From the NCBI GenBank assembly GCA_046483305.1, contig JAWODM010000020.1, positions 1-52,733 of the forward strand: a stretch of DNA of 52,733 nt, read 5' to 3'. Within the stretch, counting starts at the first letter, position 1. Each line of letters begins with the position of its first letter. This DNA is from Candidatus Krumholzibacteriales bacterium (GTDB lineage: Bacteria; Krumholzibacteriota; Krumholzibacteriia; Krumholzibacteriales; WJIX01). The position numbers and the translations under genes are program-made. A model generated the notes under the pieces. That model did not search any database. It was not told the origin of the DNA and was given only the letters and a program-made list of their open reading frames with translations. Shown here one piece after another: positions 39,804 through 49,200 of this stretch.

Positions 39804-41819
39804 ATGAAACTATCAAGGATTCTGGTATGCTTTCTGCCTTTGCTTGTCACATTTACGGCCCTGTCCGGCGCCGCGGTCAGGGAGGGGGAGAAGGCTCCGC
39901 GTTTCGAGCTTCCGCTCTTCTCCGGTTCTATCGCCGGATTCGAGGAAAGAGATTATATAGATTCCAGCGAACTGTTCGGGCGTTACAGGATTACATTTCT
40001 GGTGCTATGGAACAGTGAATGCCCCCACTGCGTGGAATCACTTGCCGGCTGCGAGGAGTTCAGCGGCAGCATGGGAGGGGGCAGTATCGGGGTGATTGGA
40101 ATATGCAGTGGCAGTTCGGGGCTTAAGGTCCTGGAGGGGCTGGCTGCCTCCGGCGCTTCCTTCCCGCAGCTCTATGACCGGGAGGGGAGGGCCGCCAGCG
40201 CCTATACCGGGTCCTCAGGAGATTTTTCCATCTTCGCGGTGAGCAGTTACGGGACTGTCCTGGACAGGGCGGTGGAACCGGGGCCCGGAACCGAAGCGGT
40301 GATGATGAGGATGTATACGGAATCGGTCAGCGGAACGGAGGAGGCGCAGGAAAGAATCATCCCCGGAGGGCATGCCGCCGGCGGATCTGATAACCTTATG
40401 GAAGAATTCGTCTTCAGCGGGGATGTCCGGATCAGGTTCCTCTCCGCCGATGTAATCGGCGAAGATGCGGTGGGCCCCTACGGCGAGGAGATCCAGCCTG
40501 GGAATGAGCTGCTGCGCAGAATAAACCTCCGTATCTCCAGGAAGGTAGGAAGATATATAACAGCAGGAGGGCTGCTGCGGATCAGCAACGAGGACCCCAG
40601 GGTTCTCGAATACGGCCCTGAATATTTCGACAATGAGTGGGGAAGTGTATTTGCCAGTTTTTACAATAGGGGATTTTCGTTCAGAGCGGGGTATTATCCC
40701 GTATATATGACTCCGCTTACCATGATGAGGTGGGACTGGGACGACAACCCGAAGACGGCCGGCAGTACCGGATGCTCCGCCTGCGGCGCGGGAAGCAGCG
40801 GCCTCTTCTTCAGGACTCTGGAGGAGCTGGGGCCGGAACTCTATTTTGAGGGAGGCAAATTTACCTACCAGAACAGAAACGGAGAGCTGAATATCTTCTA
40901 CGGCATACCGAGAAGGGCCAGGAATCTCAGTTCCTATGAAGCTTTATACCGGGGCACCAGCGCCGCCTACTCTCTGGAAACATACGGGGCCTCACTCCGT
41001 CTTCAGGGAAGCGGCACTTATCCATGGAAGCTCGGTTTCCACTTCGCCGGCAGCAGGGAGGATGAGAGGACTGTGGATACAGGGGAATTTTACGGCCATC
41101 CCTTCGAGAAGTATGATTCCCAGATATATTCAATTACCGCCAGGCTGCCGTTTGCCGAAGGGGTAAGCGCCGGGGGTGAGTTCGTTCCCCTGAGCAGAAC
41201 CGAGGGAGAAAATCTGGACACAGATTATCAGGGGAGCAGAACCTACGATGGGTGGGGAGGTTACATGGGACTGGAACTTGAGGATATCGGCGGGCTCAAC
41301 GCCAGGTTCGATTATATCTACCTTAAGGACGATATAATGGTTCCGTTCATGGCCCTGTCATATCTTCCAGGAATGGCGGGGTACAGGTTTTCGGCTGACT
41401 ACAGGCTGTCGTTGCAAAGATGGAGCGGGATGATGGAGGCTGTTTCGGTCTCGTTATTCTACAAGCGGCTCAGCGAGATTGATACACCCGGCATGATTGT
41501 TATAGAACCCGGATATTCCTGGGGTGGAGGGGGAGAGGAAGAGGAGGTATCTTTTGCCGGGGTCAACCTGGACATTCTATTCGCAGGCAGATGGGAGGCG
41601 GGTATAGGATATATCGACTGGGGAAACTGGAGAGACGGCAATATCAATTCTTTCGATACCAACCGGGATATATACACCGCCAACCTCCGCTGCTCCTTCG
41701 GCAGCCGCGCGGCAGCCGAGCTGCAGTACCAGAGGATAGATATAACGGATGATTCATCAGGGGAGGAGCTGACCTCGGCCAGCGATATATACAGCTTCTA
41801 TTCGGTGGTGGAGTTCTGA
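39804..41819 (+). CDS. Secreted TlpA/redoxin domain fused to a probable outer-membrane beta-barrel
   Basis: Signal peptide, GEKAPRFELP, WNSECPHC; the C-terminal region has alternating aromatic strands and ends YSVVEF; internal GCSAC. Confidence 0.72.
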   Translation: MKLSRILVCFLPLLVTFTALSGAAVREGEKAPRFELPLFSGSIAGFEERDYIDSSELFGRYRITFLVLWNSECPHCVESLAGCEEFSGSMGGGSIGVIGICSGSSGLKVLEGLAASGASFPQLYDREGRAASAYTGSSGDFSIFAVSSYGTVLDRAVEPGPGTEAVMMRMYTESVSGTEEAQERIIPGGHAAGGSDNLMEEFVFSGDVRIRFLSADVIGEDAVGPYGEEIQPGNELLRRINLRISRKVGRYITAGGLLRISNEDPRVLEYGPEYFDNEWGSVFASFYNRGFSFRAGYYPVYMTPLTMMRWDWDDNPKTAGSTGCSACGAGSSGLFFRTLEELGPELYFEGGKFTYQNRNGELNIFYGIPRRARNLSSYEALYRGTSAAYSLETYGASLRLQGSGTYPWKLGFHFAGSREDERTVDTGEFYGHPFEKYDSQIYSITARLPFAEGVSAGGEFVPLSRTEGENLDTDYQGSRTYDGWGGYMGLELEDIGGLNARFDYIYLKDDIMVPFMALSYLPGMAGYRFSADYRLSLQRWSGMMEAVSVSLFYKRLSEIDTPGMIVIEPGYSWGGGGEEEEVSFAGVNLDILFAGRWEAGIGYIDWGNWRDGNINSFDTNRDIYTANLRCSFGSRAAAELQYQRIDITDDSSGEELTSASDIYSFYSVVEF

Positions 41820-41825
41820 GGAGTC

Positions 41826-42347
41826 TTAATTCTTATAAATGGCCTTAATCAAACCTCAGGAACTGCTGCCGGTGTCAACTTCCAGCGGGAGATTGATTAG
41901 ATCCACCTTCAGGCCGGGATCGTTCGTCAGCAATGTCAACCTGGCTGTATAACTGCTGCTGTGCGTTTCTATCTGGCCGCTCCCGGCGACCGCTACCGGC
42001 GGGTCGCTTCACCCGCAGCCGCTTCCGGTGAACTGGAAATCGACGGATACAGGATCCCCGCCTCCGGCCGGAGTCAGGGTGAGACGTAGATGGTAATTCA
42101 TCGCTTCCGGTCCGCGGGCGTACATCACCGCCGACCTGGTCCCGAAAGAACTTATGGAGTAATTGTACTCAGTCCACTCACCCGCACAGCTCAGGCCCAG
42201 CAGTTCGGTGCCGTAAGGCCTTATTTCGTCTATGTCTATATTATATGAATCAATGTAGTATTCCGCCTGTATCGATACCTCGGCCGCTTCGGCGCCGGAG
42301 CTGAGACACGCCATAAACATAATCACAATATTGACAAATAACTTCAT
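41826..42347 (-). CDS. Secreted CBM6-like protein with in-frame TGA codons (candidate selenoprotein)
   Basis: Signal peptide, IQAEYY, GEWTEY. The frame continues after TGA 42009-42011 for 50 codons, then TGA 41856-41858, then GLIKAIYKN-TAA. Confidence 0.7.
41976..42008 (-). promoter_or_regulatory. Candidate bacterial SECIS hairpin
   Basis: Directly after the UGA: AGCGACCCGCCGGUAGCGGUCGCCGGGAGCGGC, foldable with a GGUC apical loop 17 nt from the UGA or as a GCGACC/GGUCGC stem. Confidence 0.55.
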
Positions 42348-42424
42348 TTCATACCGGACCTCTATTAAATCATGCCTCTGATTATATCATATATAAGCCC
42401 TTATAGTCAAAGGGAATGGGGAGA

Positions 42425-42730
42425 TTGGAGTTTCCCCAATTTTTATAACCTATAAGGTAGTCGATGATTTGTAATAGTATGTGGATGATTGATATTTTCA
42501 AAATCGTGGTCGATTTCCCCGGCGAGGAAACCGCCACTCCCGCCTCGGGCTCGCTCTTTCTGCCCCTTCGGATCAGAAATCCTTGCCCGCTCGCCCTCCG
42601 GAGGGTTTTGAAAATATCAATAATCCACACTCACCAGCAATAAAAACCCTATTCCAGTTACCAATCCTAATAACTTATTGTATCTCAAAATGTTAGCAAA
42701 ATACTTGCCGGATTTTTGGGGAAACTCCAA
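42425..42730. mobile_element. MITE-like element with nested inverted repeats
   Basis: Outer perfect 15-bp IR TTGGAGTTTCCCCAA / TTGGGGAAACTCCAA; inner 24-bp IR (1 mismatch) at 42480-42503 and 42606-42629. Confidence 0.62.
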
Positions 42731-43065
42731 CTATAATCCAACTATAATAAATATTGACTTGTAGTTACTATTTATGTTAGAATAAGAGCTACAAACAAGG
42801 GAAAACTATCCACAGGTTGAGTTGAGAAAATTTGTTTACTGCGCCGCGTACGCTGTGGTTGTGAGGCGGGCGTAGGTCATTATTTTATCTAATGATGAGC
42901 GAATGGAGTGGGAACCGTCCGGGCGCGAAAGTCACAGAAGGGGGTGATCAGAGGGAAAAGATAGCTAATAAATCAGGTCCTGAGCAACATTAATAACTAC
43001 ATCTAATAGAAACAGGGCACCTCGCCTGCCCTTCAGCATCCATGGTAAATTTTAGAGGAGCAATT

Positions 43066-43662
43066 ATGCGTAAACTTACACTTATTACATTAATGGCGGT
43101 TGCAATTTTCGCCGCGGCGGATTTGCAGGCCGAGCCGATCGAAGATACTTTCTATGTGACACTTGATTCCTACGGCTACTATGTTAGCGGGGGCGGAAGC
43201 GGATTTAACGGAGGAACGTGGTATGTCTATCCTTCAGGTTGGAAAAACGAATGGTTCTACGATCATCCGTTCGATTCCCAGCGTGGGAAGATTATACATA
43301 TCGAGTTTGATATGGTAGCTCGTGACCCTGCCATTAACAGCGATATCTGTTTCGCGGTAAACTGGTCCACTCCTGAGTGGTCAGATCTTGGATACGGGGA
43401 TACTACTCCGCCTACTCCGGATCTGGTTGGTACCGATGAATCTCTCTATATATTTAGAGAAATTCTGTTAACGATATGTCCCGTTCCTGAGCAGGTAACC
43501 CATTATGTATTTGATGTTACTGTATGGGATTACAACCCTGAATGGGTTTCTATCGATGTAGATGGCGAAAACTTCGAGATTACCAACGGAACAATTACCC
43601 ATGACTGTGTGGTAGATACCGAGACGGAGAGCTGGGGCGCCGTTAAGTCGATGTACAGATAA
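43066..43662 (+). CDS. Secreted acidic protein with C-terminal SWGxxKxxYR tail
   Basis: RBS GAGGAG, signal peptide, ends VDTETESWGAVKSMYR. Confidence 0.8.
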   Translation: MRKLTLITLMAVAIFAAADLQAEPIEDTFYVTLDSYGYYVSGGGSGFNGGTWYVYPSGWKNEWFYDHPFDSQRGKIIHIEFDMVARDPAINSDICFAVNWSTPEWSDLGYGDTTPPTPDLVGTDESLYIFREILLTICPVPEQVTHYVFDVTVWDYNPEWVSIDVDGENFEITNGTITHDCVVDTETESWGAVKSMYR

Positions 43663-43715
43663 GAGAGTAGCTTGAGGCAGCAGGTTATTATAAGTCAGGC
43701 TGCCGCGATCAAATA

Positions 43716-43842
43716 AGAACAGCTTTGAGCGGGGGGGCTCGAAGAGAGCAGCCCGGGAGAAGATATAAGAACAGAAAGGCCCGGCTGGCAGTTTCTGAAA
43801 CGAGCCGGAACAGGGAATTGAGCCCCCCCGCAAAGCAGTTCT
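43716..43842. repeat. Long stem-loop in a convergent intergenic region
   Basis: AGAACAGCTTTGAGCGGGGGGGCTC pairs with GAGCCCCCCCGCAAAGCAGTTCT; inner CCGGCT/AGCCGG stem. Confidence 0.6.
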
Positions 43843-43900
43843 GCCATTCCGTGAAACTTCCATCTGCCGGGTAATTATAACCAGTAGAATACAAGAGGAA

Positions 43901-44800
43901 CTATTTCCCGTTGAAATGTTCTCTTGCCGCTTCTTCTCCGGCCTCTATCAGTTTCCCGATATTACTGAAATCGTCCCACTTGATGTTTCGCACCGCAGGC
44001 TCGATCACGACATCCACCCGGTCAAGGTAAAGTCTGGTGAGGTGATGAGTGGTGATGTCGTCTACCCGGTATATGACATCGAAGGGGTTCTTGAGCGGGG
44101 CCTTCATCTCCAGGGTGGGCTGAACATCAACCGCTATGATTTCGTAATTGCCGCTGGGTGCCGAATCGGGGACCGGTATATTCCTGGTAACACTGCCGTC
44201 GACCAGAAGCATATCGTCGAATTCCACCGGGCAGAATATGCCGGGTATGGACGAACTCGCGGCAACCGCTCTGGAAAGAGGGCCTGAATGAAGTTCCACG
44301 TTCCTGCCGCTCTTGAGGTCGGTAGCGACCGCTATAAATGGTATCTTCAGATCGTAGAAAGTGGATTGACCGAAAACCTTTTTCATTATATCGATCAGAA
44401 AATCAGGCGGAAATATGGAAAGGGGATGCCTTTCCTTCTTTCTGAATTTCTGCTTGATCAGATACTTTATGTATCTGCCTATAGAGTCTATATTTCCGGA
44501 GTCTGAGCGAAGGCCTTCCAATTGGTCTGCCCCCAGCTCCCTGAACCACTCGCTGCCGGTATGTTCATATATGATATCTTCGAGTTTGCCGGCGTCCGCC
44601 CAGGTTGCATACAGAGCGCCTATGATTGATCCCATGCTGGTGCCGGTAATCAGATCAGGATACCATCCCCTCTTTTCCAGAACTTTAATTACACCAGCGT
44701 GGGAGAACCCGCGCACCCCTCCTCCACCCAGGGAAAGAATCCTGACCTTACTTCCTGGTTTCAACCCCGGAATCCATTTCAGTAATTTTCTTAATATCAC
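43901..44800 (-). CDS. Patatin-like phospholipase
   Basis: GGGGVRG, GTSMG, DGS motifs. Confidence 0.93.
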   Translation of the reverse strand: MILRKLLKWIPGLKPGSKVRILSLGGGGVRGFSHAGVIKVLEKRGWYPDLITGTSMGSIIGALYATWADAGKLEDIIYEHTGSEWFRELGADQLEGLRSDSGNIDSIGRYIKYLIKQKFRKKERHPLSIFPPDFLIDIMKKVFGQSTFYDLKIPFIAVATDLKSGRNVELHSGPLSRAVAASSSIPGIFCPVEFDDMLLVDGSVTRNIPVPDSAPSGNYEIIAVDVQPTLEMKAPLKNPFDVIYRVDDITTHHLTRLYLDRVDVVIEPAVRNIKWDDFSNIGKLIEAGEEAAREHFNGK

Positions 44801-45021
44801 CTGTTATCATCCCGCAAGGTTCTGTTATCTCAGATTCGGCAAAGCACGGAACTTAGTATATTTCTGTTCCGGTGCGCTGTCGAGTGTTTTCCCCCGGCCT
44901 GAAGCAATCCTTTTCTCAACCGGGGATTGGATGATAATTCACTCTTCTGACCGGCGCGGCCATGTTATAATTCGGTTAATAAACTGACCTGACTGGATTC
45001 AGCCTGGATGGGAGAAATATT

Positions 45022-45468
45022 ATGAAGAATCTTTTTATGTTCTTTCTTGCCACGGCAGTAATACTCTATTGTAATGCCGGCCTTTCTGCCTCGGATGAAG
45101 CGTCTGCCGTGAAAGATGTTATCAGGAAAGCTTACTTCAATGGCGCTTTCAATGAGCAAGATACCGAAAGCATGGAGAGAGGGTTTCATCCCGATTTTGC
45201 TATTTTTTCAGCTGATGGAAAGGAGCTGAGGAAATATCCGATATCTGAGTGGATAAGTAATATAGAAGAGAAAAAGAAGGATCCCGGGTTTGATCCTGAC
45301 AGGGTAAGGCTGGATTGCAGGATTGTCAGTACTGATGTAACCGGAGATGCCGCTGCGGCTAAGGTTGAGATATCAAGAGGCGGCGATCTGCTGTTTACAG
45401 ATTACCTCAGCCTCCTCAAGTTCGATGACGGATGGAAGATAGTGGCAAAGGTCTATCATCGTAATTAA
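45022..45468 (+). CDS. Secreted NTF2-like (lumazine-binding-like) protein
   Basis: Signal peptide, GFHP, GDAAAAKVE, FTDYLSLLKFDDGWKIVAKVY. Confidence 0.85.
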   Translation: MKNLFMFFLATAVILYCNAGLSASDEASAVKDVIRKAYFNGAFNEQDTESMERGFHPDFAIFSADGKELRKYPISEWISNIEEKKKDPGFDPDRVRLDCRIVSTDVTGDAAAAKVEISRGGDLLFTDYLSLLKFDDGWKIVAKVYHRN

Positions 45469-45883
45469 TCAGGATATCATCCATGATTATCGAAACTGAT
45501 CGACTGCCGATTATCTGCTTGTTTAAATGATATTTGCCCGCCTGATAAAAACCGGGCCCGGGAAAAGAATCAGGCGAAATATTTGTTCCGAAATCAATCC
45601 GGGCCCAAGACGAATGAAAAAGTAGTGGGGGATGGGAAATTAGAGAGGCAGGGTGATGAAATGAGAGGGTATTTACCCCCTCTTTTTCCCCTGATCACCT
45701 TTGAGGCGGTTCAGGGTTCGTAGCAGATAAGCCATACTTTCATCTATTGTTCGGAGTGTGCCGGTCTTTTCGGGGAGCAGGCTTCCGAAGATGATATGAC
45801 CGTGATGATCATCAGGAATAATGGGAAGCGGTGGCTCTTCGAACGGGATCGCCTCCCGCACCTTGCCGGGTGAATTATAGCTT

Positions 45884-46483
45884 TCAACCGGCTGATTGGT
45901 CCTTCTCTATCTGTTTGATAGTCCGCCCGGAGATAACTGATTTGGGCTCGGTGCTGACCGGGTTGCGCCTGGCATCCGCCCGGCTGTCTTTCTTCTTAAT
46001 CAGTAGCCACCGGCTCTTGTCACCTTTGCCGGTCCGGATAAGAGCGTACCCGCCTTTGATTTTGCTCCCTTCCAGATTCACCACCACCTTGCCGCTCTTC
46101 AGTGAATCTTCCATCGACACTGTCTGATCATTCTTTCTGTTAATATTAGTGTATTTACCGGTATCCCAGACCATAACCGTTCCCGCTCCGTACTCCCCTT
46201 CCGGAATAACTCCCTCAAAATCGGCATATTCCAGAGGATGATCCTCGGTGGGTACTGCCAGTCTTTTCTCTCCGGGATCAGTGGAGGGGCCTTTGGGCAC
46301 CGCCCATGATTTAAGGACGCTTCCCACTTCCAGCCGGAAATCGTAATGAAGAGTGCTGGCATCATGTTTCTGGATAACGAATATCGGCTTATCCGAAGAT
46401 TTTTTCCTGCTCCCGCGGCTCTCCGGAGTTTTGCCGAAATCTCTCTTGCTGCGGTATTCCTTCAAGGGGTCTTTATCGGCCAT
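45884..46483 (-). CDS. Stand-alone LigD 3'-phosphoesterase domain protein
   Basis: YRSKRDF..TPE, FVIQKHDASTLHYDFRLE, SWAVPKGPS, TEDHPLEY, YGAG.V.VWD.G. Confidence 0.93.
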   Translation of the reverse strand: MADKDPLKEYRSKRDFGKTPESRGSRKKSSDKPIFVIQKHDASTLHYDFRLEVGSVLKSWAVPKGPSTDPGEKRLAVPTEDHPLEYADFEGVIPEGEYGAGTVMVWDTGKYTNINRKNDQTVSMEDSLKSGKVVVNLEGSKIKGGYALIRTGKGDKSRWLLIKKKDSRADARRNPVSTEPKSVISGRTIKQIEKDQSAG

Positions 46484-46740
46484 AAGCGTCTCCTTCGCTG
46501 TTTTGCGGAAACTATATTCCTGATTCCTGGCGAATTATCAACCCGAACAAAATTGAGTTGCTGATATCACGGATGCAATCTGTATTAACGCTCTTTTAAC
46601 GGGCGGACCGTTCTGGCGAACCGGGATTGAACCCGCCGGGTTTCCTTATTATCTGATTAATCGCAACAAAGATAAACTATATTCGTAATGATATCTGTAG
46701 ATATGAAAATATTTCTGATTCTCAGTCTGGATGGTGAATT

Positions 46741-47847
46741 ATGAGCAGAGGAAAAAGCAGAAAGGGAAAAGTTATCTGGATCACCATTGCGGCGGTGGCA
46801 GTGATTGCGGCGGGGATGTTGATTTTTGGGAGAGGCAACGGCAACGGCGCCGGCCCGGGGCCCACCGTGAAAGTGGAGAGGGGGGACATAATAGAGAAGG
46901 CCCTGGCAGTAGGATCGATAGTTCCGGAGAATGAGATATCGGTGAAGTCGAAAATATCCGGGGTGGTGGAGGGTATTTTCAAGGAACAGGGCGAGAGGGT
47001 TGAAAGGGGAGCCCCCCTGATCGAGATAAGCCCGGACCCGACACCTCTGGAACTCGCCGAAGCCAAGCGAAATGTAGAAATGAGCGGTATAGAGCTGGAG
47101 AACGCCGGGAAGCGTCTCAGCCGGGTGGAAGAACTTCTGCAGAAAAGGCTCATTTCAGATGATGAATTCGAGGATGTCAAGGAGAAGTATGACAAGGCCC
47201 GGCTGCGTTACCGGATCAGCCGGGAGCGTCTGCAACTTCTGGAGGAAGGCAAGGTCGATATAGCGGGCAGCATGATCGAGAGTATCATCAGAGCGCCGAT
47301 TTCCGGATTTATACTGGAGAGAAACGTTAATGTCGGCGATCCGGTGGTTCCTCTTACCTCTTATCAGGCCGGAACGGTACTGATGACCATAGCCAATATG
47401 GACAGCCTGCTGTTCAAGGGGACAGTGGATGAGATTGACGTGGGAAAACTGACAACCGGGATGCCGGTATCGATAAAAGTCGGAGCTCTTCAGGACAGGG
47501 AGATATCCGGCAGGCTGAGGAAGATATCACTCAAGGCCAGGGAAGAGAACAACTCCAGAATGTTCCCGGTGGAGATAGATATAGATAATTCAGGAATGGA
47601 CGTTCTCCGGGCGGGATACTCCGCCAACGCCGAAATTATAATTAACGAAGCCAGGGATGTTCTTACTGTGCCGGAGAGGGTGGTCTATTTCAGCGGGGAT
47701 TCAACCTATGTTGAGGTCCCGGGGAGCGATGGTTCACGTGAGAAAGTACTGATAGAGACCGGCCTTTCCGATGCTATCAGGATAGAGGTGCCGGAAGGCC
47801 TTGAGGAAGGCCAGAAGGTGCTGGAAAAGCCCCAGAAGGAGGTCTGA
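46741..47847 (+). CDS. MacA-like periplasmic adaptor subunit
   Basis: N-terminal TM, lipoyl half-motifs VKSKISGVV and IRAPISG, VDEIDVGK. Confidence 0.92.
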   Translation: MSRGKSRKGKVIWITIAAVAVIAAGMLIFGRGNGNGAGPGPTVKVERGDIIEKALAVGSIVPENEISVKSKISGVVEGIFKEQGERVERGAPLIEISPDPTPLELAEAKRNVEMSGIELENAGKRLSRVEELLQKRLISDDEFEDVKEKYDKARLRYRISRERLQLLEEGKVDIAGSMIESIIRAPISGFILERNVNVGDPVVPLTSYQAGTVLMTIANMDSLLFKGTVDEIDVGKLTTGMPVSIKVGALQDREISGRLRKISLKAREENNSRMFPVEIDIDNSGMDVLRAGYSANAEIIINEARDVLTVPERVVYFSGDSTYVEVPGSDGSREKVLIETGLSDAIRIEVPEGLEEGQKVLEKPQKEV

Positions 47848-47871
47848 CCGGCGGAAGCCGTAAAATAACAG

Positions 47872-49140
47872 ATGAGAAGGTTTGCCGTAAATATAGGTTA
47901 TCTCCTTTCCATGGTAGCCGGTTTCTTGAGCGATATGCGCTCTCAGAAGAAGAGAACGGTGCTGACCATTCTCGGCATTGTCTGGGGGACTGCGGCGGTG
48001 GTTATCATGATGGCGGTGGGAACCAGCACCAGGCGGCAGAATATGAAGAACTTCAGAGGTATCGGGGACGGGATCATACTGGTTTTTCCCGGGACTACCA
48101 CCATGCCGTACAGGGGGTTCGGGGTTGACAGAAGAATCAGTATGGAAAAGTCCGATGTGGATCTTCTGAGGCGGGAGATCCCGGAGATCGACCTTATCAG
48201 CGAAGAGTACTCCGGCTGGAATATGACCCTGAGCTACGGGGGCAGGATCAGGTCGCCGATGGTCGCCGGCGTTAACACCGACTACTCCGATATGAGGTCT
48301 GTTTTTCCCCGGCCGGGAGGCCGCTTCTTCAATGACCTGGATATGAAGCAGAGAAGAAGGGTAGTATTTCTGGGAAATGAGCTCAAGGATTTCCTGTTTG
48401 GCGAAGAAAGCGAAGCGGTGGGGAAGCTGTGCAAAATAAACGGGGTGCCTTTCCGGGTAATAGGGGTGTTGAAAAAGAAGGTACAGAATTCGAGCTATAA
48501 CTCCCGCGACAGCGACAGAGCCTACATTCCCTCTACTACTTTCCAGTCCATGACCGGAACCCGCCATATAAACAACCTGGTGGCAACTCACAGAACGGAA
48601 AGGTCCCATTCCCGCTATGTGGTAGACAGGATGAGGGAAGTTCTGGGGAAGAAGTACATGTTCAACCCGGATGATGAGAGCGCTCTGCATATATGGGACA
48701 CCGGGGAGTTTTTTGATGAATTCATGCTGTTTTTCAAGGCGTTCAATGTATTTCTGGTTATGATGGGAGCTGTCACCCTGGCGGTGGGGGGGCTGGGAGT
48801 CTCCAATATCATGTATGTAGTGGTCAGGGAAAGGTCCAGGGAGATAGGGATAAGGCGTTCTGTGGGAGCGAAGAGGTGGGCCATACTTCTTCAATTCATA
48901 GCCGAGACATTCTTCATTATATTTATCGGAGCCGCTATCGGTTTCGCCATCGCCTGGGCGATAGTGTCGCTCTCTGCGTTCTTTCCGGAACCGGTCAGAG
49001 AGACCCTTGGAACTCCGGTGATAGATCCGCTTGTAGTAATAGTATCAATACTGGTTATTTCAGCTGTCGGGTTTGCGGCCGGGTTCTTTCCGGCCAGGAG
49101 AGCGTCAAGGCTGGACCCGGTGGAATGCATAAATTATTAG
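47872..49140 (+). CDS. MacB/FtsX-family ABC transporter permease
   Basis: LTILGIVWG, GRFF, V.ERSREIGIRRSVGA, PARRASRLDPVE. Confidence 0.92.
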   Translation: MRRFAVNIGYLLSMVAGFLSDMRSQKKRTVLTILGIVWGTAAVVIMMAVGTSTRRQNMKNFRGIGDGIILVFPGTTTMPYRGFGVDRRISMEKSDVDLLRREIPEIDLISEEYSGWNMTLSYGGRIRSPMVAGVNTDYSDMRSVFPRPGGRFFNDLDMKQRRRVVFLGNELKDFLFGEESEAVGKLCKINGVPFRVIGVLKKKVQNSSYNSRDSDRAYIPSTTFQSMTGTRHINNLVATHRTERSHSRYVVDRMREVLGKKYMFNPDDESALHIWDTGEFFDEFMLFFKAFNVFLVMMGAVTLAVGGLGVSNIMYVVVRERSREIGIRRSVGAKRWAILLQFIAETFFIIFIGAAIGFAIAWAIVSLSAFFPEPVRETLGTPVIDPLVVIVSILVISAVGFAAGFFPARRASRLDPVECINY

Positions 49141-49200
49141 TATTATGAATGAATACGATAATAAGCCCGGCCGTTCTGAAATGTCGAAAGGTTTGATCTG

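Noticed and set aside
41826..42347. Genome-wide UGA reassignment (code 4 or 25)
   Set aside because: lexA, dnaE2, hypE and ftsH end in TGA at their expected C-termini, and Trp is coded by TGG elsewhere.
45673..45861. 62-aa ORF with HHGH, faintly like a HUH-transposase fragment
   Set aside because: Too short and no further motifs; cannot be supported.
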